32,000 nt of DNA from an uncultured Actinomycetes bacterium (GTDB lineage Bacteria; Actinomycetota; Actinomycetes; S36-B12; CAIYMF01), in the NCBI GenBank assembly GCA_963843975.1, contig CAWJMG010000003.1, positions 2,310,001-2,342,000 of the forward strand. Direction: 5' to 3'. Both the position numbers and the translations under genes were made by a program. Shown piece after piece: positions 16,322 through 23,461 of the stretch. The notes beneath the pieces are model-generated. The model saw only the letters and a list, made by a program, of their open reading frames with translations, was not told the DNA's origin and made no database searches. Numbering within the stretch: the first letter of the stretch is position 1; every line of letters starts with the position of its first letter.

Positions 16322-18031
16322 GAGCTACCGCCCTTACGGGCGAGGCGGGACACGACCGGCGGGGCCATGACGGCCGCGAGCAGGACGATGCCCGCGAGCA
16401 GGATGAGCGAGCCGGAGGCGCCTGAGGCAGCACCCGTGGCGGTCGAGACGGGGACTGCCGCGACCGGCACGCCGCCGTCCGTCGTCGTGTCGCCGCCCGA
16501 GGAGCCGCCGTCGGCGGGCAGACCGGTGTCGGGGTCGACGACGTCGCCGCCGGAGGAGCCGGCGCCACCGCCCGACGTGCTGCCGTCGCCCCCGGAGGTG
16601 GACCCACCTCCCGTCGAGCCGCCACTGCTGCCGCCGGAGGTCGAACCGCCGCCGGAGGAGCCGCCGCTCCCGCCGGACGAGCCACCGCTCGAGCCACCTG
16701 AGGAGCCACCGCCCGAGCCGGACCCGCCGGACGAGCCGCCCGACTTCGCGGTGCCGCACTGGAGCGGGCCGTTCTTGTCGCAGGCGGCAGGGAACGGCGC
16801 GGACTTGGCCAGGGTGTTCTCACCGGTCGCCGAGAAGGTCGGGTTGTTGCACTTCTTGATGTCGACGTTCTCGACCGTCACGCCCGGGATGCGCTTGACC
16901 TGCTTGAGGCCGGCCTGCACGAGGTTGATCGGGAGCGGCGAGAAGCCGAGGCGCGGCGCCTGCTGCTGGCCCTCGCACAGGAAGTAGTACGCGAACGCGC
17001 CGAGCGACTTGCCCTTGGCGGCGTTGAAGGTCCCCTCGACCGCGGTGGGGATGACCATGTAGCTGTAGCTCGACAGCGGGTACGCGCGGGCGTCCCCGTT
17101 GTTGTAGACCCCCGAGAGGTCCTGCGTGAGGTAGGTCGGGTCGGTCTCCGCGACCTTGTCGTTGATCTTCGCCTTGAGCAGACCCACCGCGACGTTCTGG
17201 GGGGTGGGCTCGACGTAGTAGCCGGCCTTGTTGAGCAGCTTCACGACAGGGAAGCCCGCGTTGAGCGCGTAGGAGTACTCGACGTAGGTGATCGTGCCCT
17301 CGTTCTGCTGCTGCGAGACGTATCCCGAGACGCCCAGCGATCCGGCCTGGGCGGTGAAGCCCTTGCCGGAGACCACCGGGTAGATCGACGTGGTTCCGCA
17401 AGGGGTCGGGCGGTTGGCCTGCTTGCAGTAGCTGTCCCAGAGCCCCTGGTACTGCTGGGAGAGGTACGTCGTGAACTGGGCCGTGGTACCCGAGCCGTCG
17501 CCGCGGACCACCGGCACGATCTTGCGGCCCGGCAGCACGAGGCCCGGGTTGTCCTTCTTGATCTGCGGATCGGCCCAGCTGGTGATGACCCCGGTGAAGA
17601 TCTTCGCGATCGTCTCGCCCGACAGCCGCAGCTGAGTGACGCGCTTGCCGCCGATCTTGAGGTTGTACATGAACGACGTGCCACCGGCGACGATCGGCAT
17701 GTAGGCGTACTTGCGCGACGGCGGTGAGTCGACGACGCCGGCGTCCTTGAGTCCGTAGGGGATCTCGGACACGGCGAAGTCGACGGTGCCGTTGCGGAAC
17801 TGGTTGCGGCCGTCGGAGGAGCCGGTGCCGGCGTAGTTCACGCGCAGGCCGTACTGGTTGACGTTCTTGCGCCACTGCTCGATGGCGTTCTGGCTCCAGG
17901 TGGAGCCGGCGCCGGAGATCGGGACGTACGCTCTCGGCCTGCGCAGCCCCCAAGGACACGGACAGCCCGGCGAGCGTCGCGGCGACGACGACGGAGCCTG
18001 CGCGCAGCAGTCGCGTGGCGCGACGCGTCAT
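16318..18031 (-). pseudogene. pstS: Phosphate-binding protein PstS homologue with a C-terminal Gly/Ser stalk and TM anchor. An apparent 1-nt frameshift lies just after the signal peptide (or is a sequencing error).
   Basis: The body carries the PstS phosphate-clamp motifs ISGAGSTW, YAGTGSSDG, DFAVSEIP and VVRGDGSGTTAQFTTYL. ATG 18031 (RBS GAGGCGGAGG) encodes MTRRATRLLRAGSVVVAATLAGLSVSLGAAQAES in a different frame from the body. The frames meet near 17925-17940. The span is 1714 nt (3n+1). There is no lipobox Cys. The C-terminus has 92 aa of G/S-rich sequence, then LILLAGIVLLAAVMA and SRLARK. Confidence 0.75.
16471..16746 (-). repeat. Low-complexity Gly/Ser-rich stalk-coding region
   Basis: The translation is KSGGSSGGSGSGGGSSGGSSGGSSGGSGGSSGGGSTSGG.... 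The DNA consists of degenerate GGN/AGC-type repeats. Confidence 0.8.
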
Positions 18032-18105
18032 CGCTGGCCTCCGCCTCTCGTCCACCCTCATGGCCGACCCATCGGTCGTTCCCCCGCGCTGAGCGAAGCG
18101 GAGCG

Positions 18106-19407
18106 TCATGAAGTCGTGTCTCCTTCTGAGGGGCTAACAGGTGAACTCGTGGCAGGGAGCGGTACCCGAGCGGGTGAGGCCGGTGACTCGTCGTCGTCGA
18201 CCATGCGCTGGAAGTCACGGCGGGACTGCGCGGCAGCACGGCGGCGCTGGCGGTTGCTCAGCTGGCCGGGGCCGCGGCCCCCCACGATGCGGGCAAGGAT
18301 GAACAGGATCAGGACCAGCACGAGGAGCACGGTCGCGGCGCCGAAGCCGCGCTGCTTGAAGGTCTCCTCGGACGAGCCGATGAACTTGAACGCCGCCAGC
18401 GGGAGGCTGATCATCGGGCCGTCGAGCGGGTTGAAGTTCAGCGACTGCGTGAAGCCTGCGGTCAGCAGGACGGGCGAGGTCTCACCGACGCCGCGGGCGG
18501 TGCCCAGGATGATCGCGGTCATGAGACCGGAGCGCGCCGTCGGCAGCGTCACGTGCCACACCGTGCGGATCTGGCTGGCGCCGAGCGCGTACGACGCCTC
18601 CTTGAGGTTGCCCGGCACGAGCCGGAGCACGACGTCGGACGCGCGGATGATGATCGGCAGCATCATCACGCTGATCGCGAGAGCGGCGGCGAGCCCCGAC
18701 TTGGGCCTGTCGAAGATGATGATGAACGTGGCGTAGATGAACAGGCCCGCGATGATCGAGGGCAGCGCCGTCATCGCCTCGACGATGATGCGCACGAAGC
18801 GGGAGAACCGGTTCGGCAGCTCGTTCATGAAGACCGCGGTTGTCACGCCGAGTGGGATCACGATGACCAGCGCGATGGTGATCATGATCAGCGAGCCGAC
18901 CATCGCGTGCAGGATGCCGCCGGAGTCGAGCGGGTCGAGCGGCCCGGTGTTGCTCATGTCCTCGGTGTAGAAGTTCGTGTGCTTCAAGGCCTCGATGCCG
19001 TTGATGACGACGTAGCTCACGACCCACACCAGAGCGCCGACGAGGACCGTCGCCAGCGACGTGACCACTGCTGCCACGAGCCGGTCGACGACCGCCGTGC
19101 CGTCCTCGTCCTGCCACACGACGAGTGCGTACACCGCCAGGAAGATGCCGTACGCCACGAGGACGAAGCCGACGACGCTGTTGAACGGCGCGATGAAGTT
19201 GAAGATGATCGCGGTCAGCGAGACGGCCGCGATCGCCGCCCCGAGCAGCTGCAGCACGTCGGACAGACGCACCTTCGCGATCGGTCGCTTCGCGGCCGGC
19301 GGCTGGGAGAAGTCGTGGTTGACGACCGTCGTGCGCGCCCCGTCGGCCGGCGCGGAGCCCAGGGCTACCGCGAGGAGCTCGGCGCGGTCGATCTCGGTGG
19401 TGGACAT
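18106..19407 (-). CDS. pstA: Phosphate ABC transporter permease PstA
   Basis: Motifs include ...EAMTALPSIIAGLFIY..., PGNLKEASYALGASQIRTVWHVTLPTARSGLMTAIILGTARGVGETSPVLLTAGF and multiple TM helices. The start lies 1 nt after the pstC stop. Confidence 0.9.
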   Translation of the reverse strand: MSTTEIDRAELLAVALGSAPADGARTTVVNHDFSQPPAAKRPIAKVRLSDVLQLLGAAIAAVSLTAIIFNFIAPFNSVVGFVLVAYGIFLAVYALVVWQDEDGTAVVDRLVAAVVTSLATVLVGALVWVVSYVVINGIEALKHTNFYTEDMSNTGPLDPLDSGGILHAMVGSLIMITIALVIVIPLGVTTAVFMNELPNRFSRFVRIIVEAMTALPSIIAGLFIYATFIIIFDRPKSGLAAALAISVMMLPIIIRASDVVLRLVPGNLKEASYALGASQIRTVWHVTLPTARSGLMTAIILGTARGVGETSPVLLTAGFTQSLNFNPLDGPMISLPLAAFKFIGSSEETFKQRGFGAATVLLVLVLILFILARIVGGRGPGQLSNRQRRRAAAQSRRDFQRMVDDDESPASPARVPLPATSSPVSPSEGDTTS

Positions 19408-19408
19408 G

Positions 19409-20461
19409 TCAGGCCTCCGCGCCGGCGCCGGAGCGGCTGCGCGCGACGATCGCGCCGGCCGCGAAGTTGATGATCAGCGTGAGGACGAACAGCGCGAGGC
19501 CGGCGGCGAAGAGCGCGCTCGTGGCGAACGGTGTCGACTCGCCGTACCGCAGCGCGATGAGCGCCGACACCGTGTAGCCGCTGCCGCTGTTCTGCAGGAT
19601 GTGGAAGCCGAGGTCGAACGCCGGCGCCAGGATCAGATAGACCGCGATCGTCTCGCCCAGTGCACGGCCGAGGCCGAGCATCGTGCCGCCGATGATGCCG
19701 CCGCGTCCGTAGGGCAGGACGACCGAGCGGACCATGCCCCACTTCGTCGCGCCGAGGGCGTAGGCGCCCTCGCGCTCGCCGGGAGGGGCCTGGGTGAAGA
19801 CCTCGCGCATGACCGACGTGGCGATCGGCGTGACCATCAGTGCCACCACGATGCCCGCGATGAACGCGCTCGAGGTGAAGACGCTCGCGGGCGACAGCGG
19901 GTCTGCCGGATCGGCGCCGTCCACGCGGAAGATCGGGATGAACCCGAGGTACGTCGAGATCCAACGGGCGACCGGCGCGATCTCGTACTGCAGCAGCAGG
20001 AATCCCCAGATGCCGAACACGATGGACGGCACTGCGGCCATCAGGTCGACAATCGTGATCAGAGGGCGCTTGATCCGCAGCGGTGCGTACTCCGAGATGA
20101 ACAACGCCGTGCCGAAGGCGAGCGGGAACGAGAAGAAGACCGCGACGAGGGCGACCAGGATCGTTCCGGTCAGGACCGCTGCGATGCCGAACGTCCCGGA
20201 GTCCGGATCCCACTGGGCGGTGGTGAGGAACGACCAGCCGGCAGCCTGGATCGCCTGCAGCGCACGGAATCCCAGGAAGAGGCCGACGGCCAGCATGACG
20301 AGCAGGACGAACCAGCCGCTCGCCCGGAGGACTGAGCGGAACACGCGGTCGGCGACGGTCTGGCGACCGACCGGCGGTCCCTGCTTCGGCCGCGGCCGAG
20401 GCTCGCCGATCGCGATGCCCGAGTCGACCCCGGTGCCCTGGTCCTCGATGGTCGTGGTCAT
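19409..20461 (-). CDS. pstC: Phosphate ABC transporter permease PstC (350 aa from ATG 20461)
   Basis: Motifs include FISEYAP..IKRPL..IVDLMAAVPSIVFGIWG and GEREGAYALGATKWGMVRSVVLPYGRGGIIGGTMLGLGRALGETIAV. ATG 20461 overlaps the upstream TGA (ATGA). The 67 codons further upstream in the track ORF look non-coding. Confidence 0.9.
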   Translation of the reverse strand: MTTTIEDQGTGVDSGIAIGEPRPRPKQGPPVGRQTVADRVFRSVLRASGWFVLLVMLAVGLFLGFRALQAIQAAGWSFLTTAQWDPDSGTFGIAAVLTGTILVALVAVFFSFPLAFGTALFISEYAPLRIKRPLITIVDLMAAVPSIVFGIWGFLLLQYEIAPVARWISTYLGFIPIFRVDGADPADPLSPASVFTSSAFIAGIVVALMVTPIATSVMREVFTQAPPGEREGAYALGATKWGMVRSVVLPYGRGGIIGGTMLGLGRALGETIAVYLILAPAFDLGFHILQNSGSGYTVSALIALRYGESTPFATSALFAAGLALFVLTLIINFAAGAIVARSRSGAGAEA

Positions 20462-20883
20462 GAGGCGCTCTCCGCAGGAAGGACGTCGGCCGAGAGCCGC
20501 TGCCAGGGGAACTCGGTGGTGGTGCCCGTGTCGGCCGCCGGAGCGATCGGGGCGATCTCGCGGAACTGCTCGAGGTTGTAGCGGCACTCGCGCTCGTGCC
20601 TGAACCCGCGACCTGAGGTCGCGATGACGCGACTGTCGTCGGCAAGCAGGTGCCACGCCCACGAGCCCGTGGCCGGGTCGTGCAGGATGTGCGCCGCTCC
20701 GACGGCGGCGAGCTCGCGCACGTCCGCAACTGCGGACAGGGCAGCCTCCGCGTCCGGGTACGCGATCGCGGCTCGGCCGAGCTCACGGTTGTTGGCACCG
20801 AGGAGGCGCCAGCCGACTCCCCCGGCCGCGGGCTCGTGCACCAGGCGGCCGCCCGGGACGAGCTGGAACCGGGGAGTGGACAC
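20458..20883 (-). CDS. Tandem DUF1508 (YegP-like) protein, 141 aa, translationally coupled to pstC
   Basis: There are two YegP-like repeats: GWRLLGANNRELGRAAIAYPDAEAALSAVADVRELA and WAWHLLADDSRVIATSGRGFRHERECRYNLEQFREIA. There is no signal peptide. GTG 20883 is preceded by AGAGGGG. The stop overlaps the pstC ATG. Confidence 0.65.
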   Translation of the reverse strand: MSTPRFQLVPGGRLVHEPAAGGVGWRLLGANNRELGRAAIAYPDAEAALSAVADVRELAAVGAAHILHDPATGSWAWHLLADDSRVIATSGRGFRHERECRYNLEQFREIAPIAPAADTGTTTEFPWQRLSADVLPAESAS

Positions 20884-20962
20884 GGCGTGAGCCCCTCTGC
20901 GCGCGACGAGAAGCCGCAGGAGGTCCCTGCAGCAGCGGCAGCGTGTCGAGCCGGGCCTGACG

Positions 20963-20995
20963 GAGGCCGACGGGAAGGTGAACGACCGGAGTTGG
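20963..20995 (-). promoter_or_regulatory. PHO-box-like direct repeats (candidate PhoP-type response-regulator site) upstream of the DUF1508-pstCA genes
   Basis: The minus strand reads GTTCATGTTTC CAACTCCGGTC GTTCACCTTCC, i.e. three 11-nt units with the outer two starting GTTCA. The site lies 80-112 nt upstream of GTG 20883. Confidence 0.5.
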
Positions 20996-21060
20996 AAACA
21001 TGAACGGTCCCGTCGGGCCCGAGACCTCGGGCGACGGGCAGGCGGCTCGAGCGCCCGCTG

Positions 21061-22026
21061 CTAGCCGACCCGGCGGTCGAGCCACGCGAGCGTGGCGTCT
21101 CGCCACCACGCCTGATGGCTGCGCAGGTACGGCGATCCCGGCACCTCCGGCTGTGCGGAGCACACCAGGAAGAAGCCGGCGAGAGCGGCCAGGAAGGAGA
21201 CGAGCGAGCTGTCATGGACTCCTTCGCTGAGCGGGCTCGCTGCCCACAGCGCGTCGGCGTCGAGGCCGTCGCCGTGCACCGACACGAGCAGCGACGCGAG
21301 GTCGAGCCACGCTGCCCCGAGAGTCAGGTGGTTCCAGTCGCACACGAGGACCGACCCGTCGGGCCGTACGAGGATGTTGTCGTCACGCAGGTCGAAGTGC
21401 AGCCCGGTCGTTCCCGAGCAGCGCTCGAGCCATGCCGCCTCGGCAACCGCGAGGTCGTCGACCCTGGCCACCCAGTCATCGGAGAGCGCGACGGCGAGCG
21501 CCTCGCTGTCGCCGGCGGACCGTCGCCGCCAGAACGTGAAGTCGTCGTCCCACTCGGTCAGCGGGTGCGGGGCGGGCAGGAGGCCGGGCACCGGCGTCAG
21601 CTCGTGCGCCATGAGCTCGCACGCGTCCAGCACCGCGTCCAGCTCCGCCGGGTCCCACGGACGCACCGGGTGCCGGGCCTCGACGTCCTCGAAGGCCGAC
21701 ACGAACCAGGCGCCGAGGTCTCGGGTCCAGAGCAGACGCGGTGCGGGGACGGCCTCCGGCAGCCCTCGGACGACCGCCGCCTCGCGCTCGTACGACGGCC
21801 GCGCGAACACATGCTGCTCGGACGTCGCGGCCTTCACGAACAGACGGCGTCCGTCCTCGAGCTCGAGGCGGCTCGCGAAGCCGCTCGTGAATCCACCGCC
21901 TTGCGACAACGCTTGGTGCACAGGTGATCCGGCTGCCTCCTCGATGGCTCGACGAACGTCGGGCGGCAGGTCGTCGAAGGCGGGCCGTACGGCGCTGCCC
22001 GTCTGCGGGACGCGCAGGGGGATCAC
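21061..22026 (-). CDS. Aminoglycoside/choline-kinase-type phosphotransferase (APH) family protein
   Basis: The Brenner/APH motif LHFDLRDDNILVRPDGSVLVCDWNHLTLGAAWLDLASLL is present. GTG 22026 overlaps the upstream TGA (GTGA). Confidence 0.75.
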   Translation of the reverse strand: MIPLRVPQTGSAVRPAFDDLPPDVRRAIEEAAGSPVHQALSQGGGFTSGFASRLELEDGRRLFVKAATSEQHVFARPSYEREAAVVRGLPEAVPAPRLLWTRDLGAWFVSAFEDVEARHPVRPWDPAELDAVLDACELMAHELTPVPGLLPAPHPLTEWDDDFTFWRRRSAGDSEALAVALSDDWVARVDDLAVAEAAWLERCSGTTGLHFDLRDDNILVRPDGSVLVCDWNHLTLGAAWLDLASLLVSVHGDGLDADALWAASPLSEGVHDSSLVSFLAALAGFFLVCSAQPEVPGSPYLRSHQAWWRDATLAWLDRRVG

Positions 22027-23285
22027 GGCACCGACCTGCGCCGCATGCCAGGGCTCGCGGCCAAGGCCACGAGGGCCAGCACCGGGATCGTCGCCACAGC
22101 GCACAGCACGGCGTACGACGCGCCCGCGACGATGAAGCCGGCCACCGCTCCTCCACCGGCCGCAGCGACGTTCATGGCGAGGTCGGACAGGCCCTGCACC
22201 GACGGGCGCTCGTTCTCCTCGACGTCATCCGTCACGAGGGTCGAGCCCGCGATGAGGGTGAACGACCAGCCGAGCCCGAGCAGGAAGAGGCCGACCGCGA
22301 GGGCGGGCACGTTGTCGGACGGCGCGAGGCCGGATACGACGCAGGCCACGAGCAGGATCGCCGTGCCGACGAGGATCATCGGCACGCGTCCGAAGCGGTC
22401 GACGAGCCAGCCGACGACGGGAGAGAAGGCGTACATCCCGAGCACGTGCACGGAGATGACGAGCCCGATCAGCTGCAACGAGACGTCGACGTGGCGCATG
22501 TGCACGGGCGTCATGACCATCACCATGACCATGACGACGTGCCCGAGCGACACCGAGCACACACCGAGCACCGCACGGCGGTGCCTGCGCAGGTGCTCGA
22601 GGCCGTCGCGCAGACGGGCCTTCGGCGCCACCACTCCTGTTGCCTCGTGCGTCAGCGCGCGCGAGAGGAGGTAGGGGTCTGGGCGAAGCGCGAGCTGCAG
22701 CACCGTCACGGCGATCACCAGCATCAGCGCAGCGGTGAGATAGGGACCGGTCAGCTGAGGAAGGCCCAGCGAGACTGCGGCACGACCGGAGAGCTCGAGC
22801 AGGTTGGGGCCGAGGACGGCGCCGACCGTGCCCGCCCACACGACGATCGCGAGCGCTCGGGCGCGGCGTGTCGGCAGCGCGAGATCGGTGGCCGCGTACC
22901 GCGCCTGCAGGCCGGCGGCCGAGGCGACGCCCACGAAGAAGCAGCCGACGAACACCAGGGGCAGCGACCGCGACGCACCGGCCACCACGACGACGACCGC
23001 CCCGACCGCCCCGAGGCTGTAGCCGAGGGTGAGAGCTGCGCGTCGTCCGCGGTTCAGGGCGATGCGCGCCAGCGGCAGGGCCAGGGCGGCGGCCCCGATC
23101 ACGCCGGTGGTCTGCGCCAGCCCCGCGACGGCGTCGCTGGCGAGCGATGCAGCGATGAGGGCTCCCGCCGGGATGGCCCCTGCGACGGCGATGCCGCCGG
23201 CCACGGCCGCCGCAGACAGAGTCCGCACGCTTCGACGCTGGGTCACCGCGACCGCCTCAGGGCTGGTCCTCACCGCGGTGCTCAC
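22023..23285 (-). CDS. MFS transporter
   Basis: About 12 hydrophobic helices. The loop 2-3 motif reads LARIALNRGRRAAL. The composition is typical of MFS transporters. The start codon is uncertain. Confidence 0.75.
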   Translation of the reverse strand: MSTAVRTSPEAVAVTQRRSVRTLSAAAVAGGIAVAGAIPAGALIAASLASDAVAGLAQTTGVIGAAALALPLARIALNRGRRAALTLGYSLGAVGAVVVVVAGASRSLPLVFVGCFFVGVASAAGLQARYAATDLALPTRRARALAIVVWAGTVGAVLGPNLLELSGRAAVSLGLPQLTGPYLTAALMLVIAVTVLQLALRPDPYLLSRALTHEATGVVAPKARLRDGLEHLRRHRRAVLGVCSVSLGHVVMVMVMVMTPVHMRHVDVSLQLIGLVISVHVLGMYAFSPVVGWLVDRFGRVPMILVGTAILLVACVVSGLAPSDNVPALAVGLFLLGLGWSFTLIAGSTLVTDDVEENERPSVQGLSDLAMNVAAAGGGAVAGFIVAGASYAVLCAVATIPVLALVALAASPGMRRRSVP

Positions 23286-23397
23286 CCCGCGACGTTAGCG
23301 GTCCTCCCCACGCACGGCGACGAGGTTGTCGCCCTGCGTCGAGCTTCTGACCGTCGAGACATCGAGCCGCGGCACGAGCGACGTCCCGCCGTCCGGC

Positions 23398-23419
23398 GTT
23401 CGCTCCCCGTTCACCCGTC
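23398..23419 (+). promoter_or_regulatory. Tandem PHO-box-like repeat upstream of the 498-aa secreted protein gene
   Basis: GTTCGCTCCCC (23398-23408) is directly followed by GTTCACCCGTC (23409-23419). A TAACGT (TANNNT, 23425-23430) lies downstream. The GTG start is at 23462 with GGGAGA before it. Confidence 0.5.
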
Positions 23420-23461
23420 CGGCCTAACGTCCCCGACGAACGGACGAGGCAGGGAGACGAC

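Noticed and set aside
13812-16370. 852-aa plus-strand ORF, and similar long ORFs (79..1452 -, 303..2750 +, 5501..7126 +, 8475..9656 +, 19061..20335 +, 19365..21215 -, 21924..23816 +, 25003..26403 +, 26324..27673 -, 28676..29827 -, 29128..30291 +, 30724..31530 +)
   Set aside because: Their composition is extremely rich in Arg, Gly, Asp and His. They lack recognisable motifs and lie opposite or out of frame to genes with strong family signatures. This is typical of stop-codon-poor alternative frames in >70% GC DNA.
16318-16470. VSTATG in the PstS homologue tail as a sortase motif, or the tail as a GlyGly-CTERM/rhombosortase signal
   Set aside because: STATG does not fit LAxTG or LPxTG. GlyGly-CTERM systems are known from Gram-negative bacteria with a rhombosortase, and no such gene is present. 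The tail is treated as a plain tail anchor.
16322-16823. N-terminal 167 codons of the 997-aa ORF, taken as a real extension of the 830-aa protein
   Set aside because: The extension overlaps the G/S-stalk and anchor of the PstS homologue in another frame and translates to Pro/Arg/Ala nonsense. A coupled GTG start with a signal peptide exists at 16321.
16140-17945. Programmed ribosomal frameshifting as the explanation for the two frame breaks
   Set aside because: The two shifts have opposite sign. No X XXY YYZ slippery heptamer, rare-codon/stop +1 context or downstream pseudoknot is apparent. An indel (real or technical) is the simpler explanation.
3735-18105. The 14.4-kb block as a recently acquired genomic island
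   Set aside because: There are no flanking direct repeats, tRNA, integrase or IS ends at its borders. Base composition and codon style look the same as the flanking pst genes by eye. This is not formally tested.
21061-23285. MFS plus APH-type phosphotransferase pair as part of the phosphate system
   Set aside because: The GTGA-coupled pair looks like an ordinary drug or small-molecule resistance module. It is separated from the Pst promoter region by a 177-bp gap containing the PHO-like boxes, which face the other gene set.
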